Shown here piece after piece: positions 39,656-48,494 of a DNA stretch of 64,000 bases. The stretch comes from an uncultured Acidobacteriota bacterium. GTDB lineage: Bacteria; Acidobacteriota; Thermoanaerobaculia; Multivoradales; UBA5704. How positions within the stretch are numbered: the stretch's first letter is position 1; the number at the start of each line of letters is the position of its first letter. The position numbers and the translations under genes are program-made. The notes beneath the pieces are model-generated. The model ran no database searches, was not told the origin of the DNA, and saw nothing but the letters and a program-made list of their open reading frames with translations. The stretch covers positions 1,376,001-1,440,000 of the forward strand of contig CAVYRF010000002.1 in the NCBI GenBank assembly GCA_963770895.1. The letters run 5' to 3'.

Positions 39656-41896
39656 ATGATCCTGGCCCTGGCTGACATCGGGGGCGCCCTGTCCACCCTC
39701 GCCGCCCTGGGCGCGCTGGCGGCGGGCGGCTACCTGATGGCGTTGCGCCTGCTGGGCAGCGAGCGGGCGCAGGCGGAGACGCTCGACCTCGCCATCGCCT
39801 GGCTGCTCGCGGCCACCGCCCAGGGCATCGGCGTGGCGCTCGCCGCCGGCGCCTGCGGCAAGCTGTACGCCGGCGTCGCCATCGCCGCCCAGGCCGCCCT
39901 CGCCGCGGCGCTGTGGCTCTGTCCGTGGCCGCGGGCGCGGCGCCTGTCGCGCGCCGAGCTGGCCGCTCCCGCCCGCCAGCTCGCCCGCCGCTCGGCGCAC
40001 CAGCTGCGCCGGCACCCCGCCCTGGCGCTGGTCGCCCTGCACGCCGCCGGCAGCGAGGCGCTGCGCGGCCTGCTGCGGCCGCCGCTGTCGTGGGACAGCC
40101 TGATGTACCACCTGCAGCTGACCGGCACCTGGCTGCTGCGCCACGACCTGGCGCCGGTCTTCGGCGCCTACCCGATGAACTACTACGGCTACACGCCGGC
40201 GAACGGTTCGGTGTGGGTGTGGTGGTGGATGGCGCCGTCGCACAGCGAGCTCTACATCAACCTGGCCTTCCTGCCGCAGTGGGTGCTGCTGGCGCTCGCC
40301 ACCGGCGGCGTGGCGCGCCTGCTGGGGGCGCGCCGCCACTGGCCGCTGGCGGCGTTCCTGGTGGCGCTGACCCCGACCGTGCTGCGCTTTGCCGCGACGC
40401 AATACGTGGACATCTTCACCGCCGCCTGCCTGGTCGGCGGCGCCTACTTCGGCCTGCGCTGGCTGCGGCGGCCGCTGTGGGGCGACGCCCTGCTGGCGGC
40501 GGCCGGGCTGGGCGTCGCGGCGGGGGCCAAGGTGCTGGGCCTGGTCTATGCCGCGGCGCTCGCCGCGACGCTGCTGCCGCTCTGCCGCGGCGGCGCCTGG
40601 CGCCGGCGCGCCGTCCAGGCGGTGGCGGGGCTGGCGCTGGCGGCCGGGCTCGGCGGCTTCTTTTACCTGCGCAACATGGCGCTGGGGGTGGACCCCCTGG
40701 CCCTGCAATGTGAAGGGCTGCCCCACCGCCAGCCGGTGCACGGCCTGCCGCAGGTGCCGCGCCCCAACTCGGTGGCGGCGCTGCCGCAGCAGATGCTGGC
40801 CCAGGGCCGCCTGGCGCGCGCCTTCCTGGGCACCGTCGAGGAGCCCGGCCCGCCCTTTGTCGACCTGGGGGTGGGACCGCAGATCTTCCTGCTGCTGCTC
40901 GGCCTGCCCGCCCTGGGCCTGGTCGCGGCGCGCGGCCGGCGCCGCGAGGCCGCGATCGTCGGCGGCCAGGTGCTGCTCGAGGCAGCCTTCTGGGCAACCG
41001 TCCCCTATGCCGCCTTCAACCAGGTCTTCGCCAACATCCGCTACCTCCTGCCAGGCCTCGGCCTCCTGACCGCGGCCAGCGTCGCCGGCGCCGAGACAGT
41101 GGGCGCCGGGGCGGGCGGCGACGACGACGCCCGCGCCGGCGATCGGGCCGGCGCGGACGGCCATCGCGACCGGTGGCTGCAGGGGATCGCGCTGGCCATT
41201 GCCATCCAGGACCTGCTGCAGCTGCACACCCAGCTCTCGGACGGCATGCGCCTGGTGATCGGCGCCGCGGACGTGGCGGCGGTCGCCTGGGCGCTGGCGC
41301 CGCGCTGGCGCCGGACGGCGGCGGCGGCCCGGCCCGTTCTGGCGGTGGTGGCGGCGGCGACGGCGCTGGCGATGCTGGCGGCGGTGCCCTGGTTCGCGCG
41401 GTTCCGGGCCGGCGACCGGACGCGCGCCTTCCTGCACGAGTACACCGCGCATGGCATCAACGTGGCGCTGTACGCCGGCGGCTGGGACTGGCTGGACCGG
41501 CACGGCGCGCGCGGCGCGGTGGACGTGATCAATGCGCCGGACACGTTCTTTCTCTATCCGGCGATGGGTCCCTACCTGACGCGGCAGGCGCTGTACGTCA
41601 ACGTCAATCCGAGCGACCTGCCGGCGGCGGCGGCGTATCCGCTCTGCCAGCCGCGGGTCGCGCCCAGCCCGGACGCCTGGATCGCCAACCTGCGGCGTGC
41701 CGGCGTGCGCTGGCTGGACCTGAGCCGCATCCCCCCCTTCCCGTTCGCCATGGAAGATGGCTGGGCACGCGCCCGCCCCGACCTGTTCGCCCTGCGCTTC
41801 GGCGACGGCAACAACCGGATCTACGAGGTGCTGGGCGGCGCACCGCCGGCGGCGACCGTCCATCCGCCGGCCGGCGCCGGGAGGCCCGCGGCGTGA
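39656..41896 (+). CDS. Polytopic membrane protein, putative GT-C glycosyltransferase (paralog A)
   Basis: PPLSWDSLMYHL, YVDIF, GAK, FFYLRN, NIRYLLP; many TMs; clearly paralogous to 43915-46227. Confidence 0.7.
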   Translation: MILALADIGGALSTLAALGALAAGGYLMALRLLGSERAQAETLDLAIAWLLAATAQGIGVALAAGACGKLYAGVAIAAQAALAAALWLCPWPRARRLSRAELAAPARQLARRSAHQLRRHPALALVALHAAGSEALRGLLRPPLSWDSLMYHLQLTGTWLLRHDLAPVFGAYPMNYYGYTPANGSVWVWWWMAPSHSELYINLAFLPQWVLLALATGGVARLLGARRHWPLAAFLVALTPTVLRFAATQYVDIFTAACLVGGAYFGLRWLRRPLWGDALLAAAGLGVAAGAKVLGLVYAAALAATLLPLCRGGAWRRRAVQAVAGLALAAGLGGFFYLRNMALGVDPLALQCEGLPHRQPVHGLPQVPRPNSVAALPQQMLAQGRLARAFLGTVEEPGPPFVDLGVGPQIFLLLLGLPALGLVAARGRRREAAIVGGQVLLEAAFWATVPYAAFNQVFANIRYLLPGLGLLTAASVAGAETVGAGAGGDDDARAGDRAGADGHRDRWLQGIALAIAIQDLLQLHTQLSDGMRLVIGAADVAAVAWALAPRWRRTAAAARPVLAVVAAATALAMLAAVPWFARFRAGDRTRAFLHEYTAHGINVALYAGGWDWLDRHGARGAVDVINAPDTFFLYPAMGPYLTRQALYVNVNPSDLPAAAAYPLCQPRVAPSPDAWIANLRRAGVRWLDLSRIPPFPFAMEDGWARARPDLFALRFGDGNNRIYEVLGGAPPAATVHPPAGAGRPAA

Positions 41897-43095
41897 AGCT
41901 GCTGATTCTGTACGAGACGGTCTATCCCGATTTCATCGGCGGCGTCGAGCTGCGCAACCACGAGGTGGCGGCGGCGCTCTGCCGGCGCGGGCACCACGTG
42001 ACGATGGCGGGCTTCTGCGGCGACCTGGCCAGCGACCGCCCCGATCTGCACATTCACTCGCTGGGCCGCCTGGGTAGCCTGTACAACCGCGCCGGCAAGC
42101 GCAGCACCCGCCAGGCGCTGCGGTTCGCCGCGGCGGTGGCGCGCCTGGACCTGGCCCCCTACGACGTCGTCGAGACGCCGAACATGCCCTACATCCACCT
42201 GCTGCCGCTGGCGTGGAAGTGCGCCCGCGCCGGCAAGCCGCTGGTCGTCACCTGGCACGAGTACTGGGGACCCTACTGGCGAGGCTATGTGGGCCGCGCG
42301 GCAGCGCCCGCCTACCGCGCCATCGAATGGCTCACCGCCCAGCTGGGCACCGCGGTCATCGCGGTCAGCGACCTGACCCGCGAACGGCTGGCCGCGGCGC
42401 GACGGCCGCGGTGGCCACGCCGGCGCATCGGCGGCGACATTCCGCTGGTCGCCAACGGCATCACCGTGGCGCGCGTACAGGCCGCCGCCGCCACGCCGCC
42501 GCGCGGCGCCGCGCCCCTGCTCTACGCCGGCAGGCTCCTCACCCACAAGCGCCTGGACCTGGCCCTGGGCGCCGTCCAGCTGCTGACCCGGCAGGCTCCC
42601 GCCGGCGGCGCCGGCGGCGGCCTCCTGCTCACCGTCTTTGGCGAGGGGCCGGACCGCGAACGCCTGGAGGCGATGGCGCGCCAGATGGGGATCGCCGGCC
42701 GGGTCGCGTTTCGCGGCCACGTCAAGAGCAGCGAAGAGGTGTGGAGCGAAATGGGCGGCGCGCGCCTGGCGGTGCAGCCTTCGGCGCGCGAGGGCTTCGG
42801 CATCTTTCCGCTGGAGGCGATGGCCGCCGGCCTGCCGGTGGTCTACTGCGACTCCCCCGAAAGCGCCGTCGGCGAGCTGGTGCGCGACGGCGTCGAAGGG
42901 GTCGCCACCGCGCCCGACGCCGGCGCCCTGGCCGCGGCGCTCGCGGCGCTGCTCGCGGGCGACGGCGACGCCGAGAGCGAGCTGCGGCGCCTGGCCGCCA
43001 ACGCCCGCCGGCGCGCCGCGCACTACGATTGGGACGAGATCGGCGAGCGCATCGAAGCGATCTGCCTGGACCTCATCGCTCGACGTAGCCGATGA
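41893..43095 (+). CDS. GT4 family glycosyltransferase
   Basis: YPDFIGGVE, VTWHE, YAGRLLTHKRLD, PSAREGFGIFPLEAMAAGLPVV. Confidence 0.93.
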   Translation: MKLLILYETVYPDFIGGVELRNHEVAAALCRRGHHVTMAGFCGDLASDRPDLHIHSLGRLGSLYNRAGKRSTRQALRFAAAVARLDLAPYDVVETPNMPYIHLLPLAWKCARAGKPLVVTWHEYWGPYWRGYVGRAAAPAYRAIEWLTAQLGTAVIAVSDLTRERLAAARRPRWPRRRIGGDIPLVANGITVARVQAAAATPPRGAAPLLYAGRLLTHKRLDLALGAVQLLTRQAPAGGAGGGLLLTVFGEGPDRERLEAMARQMGIAGRVAFRGHVKSSEEVWSEMGGARLAVQPSAREGFGIFPLEAMAAGLPVVYCDSPESAVGELVRDGVEGVATAPDAGALAAALAALLAGDGDAESELRRLAANARRRAAHYDWDEIGERIEAICLDLIARRSR

Positions 43096-43804
43096 CCAAG
43101 CCGCGGGTGCCGGGCCAGCGGTCGCCGTAGGTCGCGCCGGCCACCTGCTCCCAAGCGACTTCCGACCAGGTGGTCAGCCCCGAGCGCCGCAGGTAGCGGC
43201 AGCGGCTGAACGGCAGGCTGCCCGCGGCCAGCTGCCGATCCATGTCGGCGTTGTAGCCCAGCGGCAGGGTCGCCACCAGGCAGCCGCCGGGCGCCAGCTG
43301 CGCGCTCAGGTTGGCGACGGTGCGGGCGATCTTGCCGGGGTCGCGCGGGTCCTCGTCCCAGCCGATGTGCTCCAGGGTCGAAATGCTGACGATCAGGTCG
43401 TACGGGCGGTCGGCGCAAAAGCTGACCGCATCTTCGTTCAGGATCGATCCGCCGCGCTCGAACTTGTCGAGCACCTGATGCCGCACGTCGAAGTAGTGCG
43501 ACAGGACGTTGCCGACCTCCAGCACCCGCCCGCCTTGGCGCCGGCACACTTCGCTCCACACGATCGGGATCTCGACCGCCCGCTCGTTGCTCCACGTCAG
43601 GTTGTAGTTGTGCAGGAAGTAGGCGTGGCGCTCCGGGGCGAGCTCGAACGTGCGGCCCAGCCGCCTGACCACCGGCCGCCACACCGGCGACGTCGCCCAC
43701 AGCGCCGCGATCCGCAGCAGGTAGAGCCAGCCCCGTTCGGCCAGCACCTGCCGCGCCGTGCGCCAGCGGCCACAGGTCGCTTGGGCATCGTAACGGAATC
43801 TCAC
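43073..43804 (-). CDS. SAM-dependent methyltransferase-like protein
   Basis: NERAVEIP, RVLEVGN, YDLIVSISTLEHIG, LAPGG.L..TLP. Confidence 0.75.
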   Translation of the reverse strand: MRFRYDAQATCGRWRTARQVLAERGWLYLLRIAALWATSPVWRPVVRRLGRTFELAPERHAYFLHNYNLTWSNERAVEIPIVWSEVCRRQGGRVLEVGNVLSHYFDVRHQVLDKFERGGSILNEDAVSFCADRPYDLIVSISTLEHIGWDEDPRDPGKIARTVANLSAQLAPGGCLVATLPLGYNADMDRQLAAGSLPFSRCRYLRRSGLTTWSEVAWEQVAGATYGDRWPGTRGLVIGYVER

Positions 43805-43914
43805 GCAGGGGTCCCCGGCGCGCCGTCCGGCCGGGCCGGCCCGCGGGCGCGGCGGCGATCATAGCAGCGGCGGGTGGTCCGGCGCCGCGCAGCTGTGCTA
43901 TCAATCCGAGCCGC

Positions 43915-46227
43915 ATGATCCTGTTAGCCGTGCTGGGGCTCGCCCTCACCCTGTGCACGCTGGCCCTGCTCGCCACCGGTGGCTTCCTCCTGGCGCACCG
44001 CCTGCTGGCCGGCGAGGCGGCAAGCGACCCGCTCGCCCTGGCCATCGCCAGCCTGCTGGCGGCCACCGCCCAGGCGGTCGGCATCGCCCTGCTGCTGGGC
44101 GCCCTGGGAGTGCTGTCCTTCCCCCTGGCGCTCCTGGCGCAGACCCTGGTGGTGGCGCTCCTGGCGCGCACCGGCCGCGGATCGGCCGCCCAGGCCGCCG
44201 CCGCCGAAGCCGCGCGCCACCTGGCCCGGCGCACCTGGGAGCGGCTGCGCCAGCACCCCGCGCTCAGCCTGATCGCCGCCCACGCGGTGGGCAGTGAAGC
44301 CCTGCGCGGCCTGTTCCGCCCGCCGCTCGCCTGGGACAGCCTGATGTATCACCTGCTGCTCACCGCGACCTGGCTGCAGCACCGCAACCTGCGGCCGGTC
44401 TTCGGTCCCTACCCGATCAACGTCTACGGCTTCGTGCCGGCGAACGGCTCGCTGTGGTTCTGGTGGTGGATGGCGCCCTCCCACAGCGAGATCTACGTCA
44501 ACCTGGCCTCCCTGGCGCAATGGGCCCTGCTGGGCCTGGCGGCCGGCGGCGTCGCCCGTCAGCTGGGAGCGCGCCGCGGCTGGCCGCTCGCCGGCTTTCT
44601 GGTGCTGCTGACGCCCACCGTGGTGCGCTTTGCCGCCACCCAATACGTGGACATCTTCCTGTCCGCCGCCCTGCTGGCCGCCGCCTTCTTCGCCCTGCGC
44701 TGGATGGAGCGCCCGCGCCTGGCCTACGCCGTGCTGATCGGCACCGGCTGCGGCCTGGCCTGCGGCGCCAAGCTGTTCGGCGTCCCCTACGCCGGCACCC
44801 TGGCGGCCGCCGCCCTGCTGCTGGCGGGCGCCGCGGCGGGCCCCTGGCGCCGGCGCCTGGCCCACACCCTGGCGGCGATCGCGGCGATCGCCATCTTCGG
44901 CAGCTTCTTCTACCTGCGCAACATCGCCGCCGGCGCCGGCCCCCTGGCCCTGGCGTGCGAAGGCAGGGAAGGCGATGCGTCGACGCCCACCTCGGCAGCC
45001 GCGCCGCCGCCGATCGCCGGCGCACCGGCGGTCACACCGACCGCGCCCGCGTCGACCGGCCCCCCATCCGCCACCGCGGACCGCGGCCCCTCGCCGGCCG
45101 GCCAGACCGGGGCGATCGACACCAGCCTGGCGGCGGGCAGCGCGGCCGCCGCCGGCGCCTCTCCGGGTCCGCTCGCCATGCTGCGGCGCTGGCTGCCGAA
45201 GCTGCCGCGCAAGGACTCCGTGTTCGACCTGTGGACCAAACCCGGCGGCAAGGCGCTGGTGCTGGATGCCTTTTTAGGCATCACCCGCCCGCAATCGGTC
45301 GAGCTGGGGGCGGGGCCGCAGATCGCCGTGCTGGCCCTGGCCCTGCTGGCGCTCCCCTTCGGCGTCGCCGCGCCGTGGCGGCGGGCGGCGTTCCTGGCGG
45401 CCAGCCAGATCCTCTTCGAGCTGGTCTTCTGGGCCGCCGTGCCGTTCGCCGCCAACCTGAACATCTTCGCCAACATCCGCTACCTGACGCCGGCCATCGG
45501 CCTGGCGCTGGCCGGCGGCATCGCGGTCGCCGAGCAACGCGGCATGAGCGACCTCTGGCTGCGCGGCATCGCCATCGCCCTGGCCTGTCAGGGGCTGCTC
45601 CAGATGCACTCCGAAATGCCGCGCGGCGTCCGCCTGGCCCTGGCCGCCTGCGACCTGGCCGCGGTGGCGCTCGGCCTGTCGCCCTCCCTGCGCCGCCTGC
45701 TGCGCCGCCGCGCCGCGCTCTGCGCCGCCGCCACCCTGATCCTGGCGCTGGCCGCCGCCCCCATCCTGGTGCGCTTCCGCGTCGCCGACCGCGACCGCGC
45801 CCTGGCCACCGAGTGGACCGCCCACTCCACCTCCGCCTACGTCTTTGCCGGCGGCTGGAAATGGCTCGACCAATTTGGCGGCGACAGTGCCGTCGACGTC
45901 GTCGGCGCTCCCGGCACCTACTTTGTCTACCCCGCCATGGGACCCTACCTGGAGCGCCAAGTCCGCTACGTCAACGTCGACGCCGCCAACTACGACAACG
46001 CCGCCCGCTACCCGGCCTGCAACCCCCGCCTCACCCCCACCCCCGACGCCTGGCTCGCCAACCTCGCCGCCGCCCACACCCGCTGGCTCCTGCTCAACCG
46101 CTACCCCGAATTCGACTACCCCATCGAAAGCCGCTGGGCCGCCGCCCGCCCCGACCTCTTCGCCCTCCGCTACGACGACCACACCAGCCAGATCTACGAA
46201 TACCTGCCCGCCACCCCCAGCCGCTAG
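43915..46227 (+). CDS. Polytopic membrane protein, putative GT-C glycosyltransferase (paralog B)
   Basis: PPLAWDSLMYHL, YVDIF, GAK, FFYLRN, NIRYLTP; Pro/Ala-rich insert; paralog of 39656-41896. Confidence 0.7.
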   Translation: MILLAVLGLALTLCTLALLATGGFLLAHRLLAGEAASDPLALAIASLLAATAQAVGIALLLGALGVLSFPLALLAQTLVVALLARTGRGSAAQAAAAEAARHLARRTWERLRQHPALSLIAAHAVGSEALRGLFRPPLAWDSLMYHLLLTATWLQHRNLRPVFGPYPINVYGFVPANGSLWFWWWMAPSHSEIYVNLASLAQWALLGLAAGGVARQLGARRGWPLAGFLVLLTPTVVRFAATQYVDIFLSAALLAAAFFALRWMERPRLAYAVLIGTGCGLACGAKLFGVPYAGTLAAAALLLAGAAAGPWRRRLAHTLAAIAAIAIFGSFFYLRNIAAGAGPLALACEGREGDASTPTSAAAPPPIAGAPAVTPTAPASTGPPSATADRGPSPAGQTGAIDTSLAAGSAAAAGASPGPLAMLRRWLPKLPRKDSVFDLWTKPGGKALVLDAFLGITRPQSVELGAGPQIAVLALALLALPFGVAAPWRRAAFLAASQILFELVFWAAVPFAANLNIFANIRYLTPAIGLALAGGIAVAEQRGMSDLWLRGIAIALACQGLLQMHSEMPRGVRLALAACDLAAVALGLSPSLRRLLRRRAALCAAATLILALAAAPILVRFRVADRDRALATEWTAHSTSAYVFAGGWKWLDQFGGDSAVDVVGAPGTYFVYPAMGPYLERQVRYVNVDAANYDNAARYPACNPRLTPTPDAWLANLAAAHTRWLLLNRYPEFDYPIESRWAAARPDLFALRYDDHTSQIYEYLPATPSR

Positions 46228-46261
46228 TGCGATCGGCCGCCGGCGCCAGTCCGATCGCCGA

Positions 46262-46681
46262 TCAGGTCACCAGCTCGACCGGCAGCCCCGCCGGCAGCCG
46301 GCGATAGAACTTGCGGTCCGCGGTCACCAGGATCGCTCCGATCGATTCCGCGACGGCCAGATACGACGCGTCATAAAACGTAAGGCCGTTGGCCTTGGCC
46401 AGTGCAACGCTGCGCTCGACGATCCCGAAACCCAAGGGCACCTCACGCAGGCCCAGAGCACAGAGCGCGGTAAGGATCATGGCGGCGTCCGGGCGCTTCA
46501 GACAGAGCACATTGCCGACCTCGTAGACCCAAAGAGGCGGCACGGCCAGCGCGATCTCGCCCTTCCGCCAGCGGCCCAGCAGCTGTGCGGCCGCGGCATG
46601 ACCGGGCTCGGCCGCGGAATCCAAAACCCATTTGAGGATGACCGACGCATCCGGTACGAAGGTCGGCGCAGACTCGCTCAT
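46262..46681 (-). CDS. vapC: VapC-like PIN-domain toxin
   Basis: VPDASVILKW, YEVGNVL, LTFYDASYLAVA, LVTADRKF. Confidence 0.92.
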   Translation of the reverse strand: MSESAPTFVPDASVILKWVLDSAAEPGHAAAAQLLGRWRKGEIALAVPPLWVYEVGNVLCLKRPDAAMILTALCALGLREVPLGFGIVERSVALAKANGLTFYDASYLAVAESIGAILVTADRKFYRRLPAGLPVELVT

Positions 46682-46908
46682 CGAGCGTCACGAAACGAAC
46701 GGATCGTGTCCACGATGTCCTTTGTTGACACGTGAGGGCCTTTCTGGCGCAGCTCCTCGAGCGTGTCGATTGCCCGCTGCTGCCGCACCCTGGCCAGCTG
46801 AGCGCGCAAGGCTTCGTTAGCAAAACGGCTGCGTTCGCCCGCGGGAATGAGCGAGTCCAGGTCCGCTTTGACCGCGTCGTCGAGCACCAGGTTGACCTTG
46901 ACAGTCAT
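46678..46908 (-). CDS. Ribbon-helix-helix antitoxin (VapB-like)
   Basis: Small ORF overlapping the vapC start by 4 nt; KVNLVLDD....LD..IP.GERSRFANEAL; GGAGG RBS. Confidence 0.8.
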   Translation of the reverse strand: MTVKVNLVLDDAVKADLDSLIPAGERSRFANEALRAQLARVRQQRAIDTLEELRQKGPHVSTKDIVDTIRSFRDAR

Positions 46909-47074
46909 GGCGAACCTCCGGAGAGACAATCCGTCAACACAATTCTACCAGATGGCTGGATTCCGATCGATGGAGGAGGTGCTGAAGGCCGGCAAGATCG
47001 TGGGCCGTGTGGGGGCGGCGGCTCGGGATCTTGCCGGCGGGAGCGGTTGGCGAGGCGACGGCCGGGATGGTGGT

Positions 47075-48400
47075 CTAAGAGGCGGCTTTCTGCACGACGA
47101 TGCGGCCGGCTTGCATGACCAGGAGGGGGTGCTCGGTGACGGAGATGTTGGCCAGGGGATCGCCGGGGACGGCGACGATGTCGGCGGCTTTGCCGGATTC
47201 CAGGGTGCCGGTTTCCTGACTGATGCCCAGGAGGTCGGCGGCCGCGGAGGTGGCGGCGCGCAGGGCGGCGGCGGGGGACATGCCGAGGCCGGTCATCAGC
47301 GAGAATTCGCGCGCGTTCATGCCGTGCGGGGAGACGGCCGAGTCGGTGCCGAAGGCGATGCGGACGCCCAGGCGCAGGGCGTTGCGGAACATGTCGCTGC
47401 GCGCCGCCAGAGCGGCCTTGGCTTTGGCGGCGATCACCGGCGGGAAGCGATCGGCCTTGCCGCCGGTCCATTCACCGGCGAGCAGCGTCGGCACCAGGAA
47501 GACGCCCTTTTCTTTCATCTTGGCCAGCGTCTCGGGAGTAAGGAAAGAACCGTGCTCGATCGAATTGACGCCCGCCGCGATCGCCATGCGCGCCGCGATG
47601 TCGCCGTGACAGTGGGCGGCCACCTTGCGGCCCCAGTTATGGGCCTCTTCGACGATGGCGTTCATTTCGGCTTGCGACAGCTCGGGCGCGTCCACCGGAT
47701 CGGTCAGCGAAAGCACGCCGCCCGATGGCATGAACTTGATGACGTCGGCGCCATACTTGATCTGGTAGCGGACGGCGGCGCGGCATTCGTCGGCGCCGTT
47801 GCAAATGCCTTCGATCGGCCCGGAGGGCTTGATGCGCTCCGCCGGCTCCGCCGAGCCGTCGGCATGGCCGCCGGTGGCGCCGATGGCATGCACCGCCACC
47901 AGCATCCGCGGCCCTTCGGTGATGCCGGCGGCGATGGCGTTGCGCAGGCCGAGGTCGATGTAGTCGCCCGATCCCACGTCGCGCACGGTGGTGAAGCCTG
48001 CCTCAAGCGTGCGGCGCGCGTAGAGCGCCGCGTAGTGCGCCTGTTCGGCGGGGAAGCGCATCGCGCCTTCGAAATAGTCGCGATAGAAATTGTCGGAGCT
48101 TTCGAAGCTGAGGTGGGTGTGCGCATCGATGAATCCCGGCAGCAGCGTGGCATCGCCAAGATCGATCACTTTTGCGCCGGCCGGGGCGGTCAGCCCCGTT
48201 CCCACGCGGCTGATCTTGCCGTTTTCCACCAGGACCTCGCCCGGCGAGATCCACTTTTCAGCCTTGCCGTCGAACAGCCGGGCGGCCTTCAGCAGCACCG
48301 CCGCCGGTGCGGCCGGCGCCGGCTGCTGGGCGCGGCCGCTCACCACGGCGGCGGCCAGAGCAACCACAACGGTTGCTGACACCATGATCCTTCGTAGCAT
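47075..48400 (-). CDS. Secreted metal-dependent amidohydrolase (Xaa-Pro dipeptidase-like)
   Basis: LLPGFIDAHTH, GFTTVRD, TGGHAD, GADVIK, VAAHCHG, SIEHG, FGTDS, GK.ADIVAV.GDPL; signal peptide. Confidence 0.92.
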   Translation of the reverse strand: MLRRIMVSATVVVALAAAVVSGRAQQPAPAAPAAVLLKAARLFDGKAEKWISPGEVLVENGKISRVGTGLTAPAGAKVIDLGDATLLPGFIDAHTHLSFESSDNFYRDYFEGAMRFPAEQAHYAALYARRTLEAGFTTVRDVGSGDYIDLGLRNAIAAGITEGPRMLVAVHAIGATGGHADGSAEPAERIKPSGPIEGICNGADECRAAVRYQIKYGADVIKFMPSGGVLSLTDPVDAPELSQAEMNAIVEEAHNWGRKVAAHCHGDIAARMAIAAGVNSIEHGSFLTPETLAKMKEKGVFLVPTLLAGEWTGGKADRFPPVIAAKAKAALAARSDMFRNALRLGVRIAFGTDSAVSPHGMNAREFSLMTGLGMSPAAALRAATSAAADLLGISQETGTLESGKAADIVAVPGDPLANISVTEHPLLVMQAGRIVVQKAAS

Positions 48401-48494
48401 AGGAAGCTCTCCTTGCAGGACAGAAGCTCGGACTCGGGCGATCGGGGCGCGCGTCGCATCTTAGCGCATCGCGATGCCATAATCGGCGCGCTTT

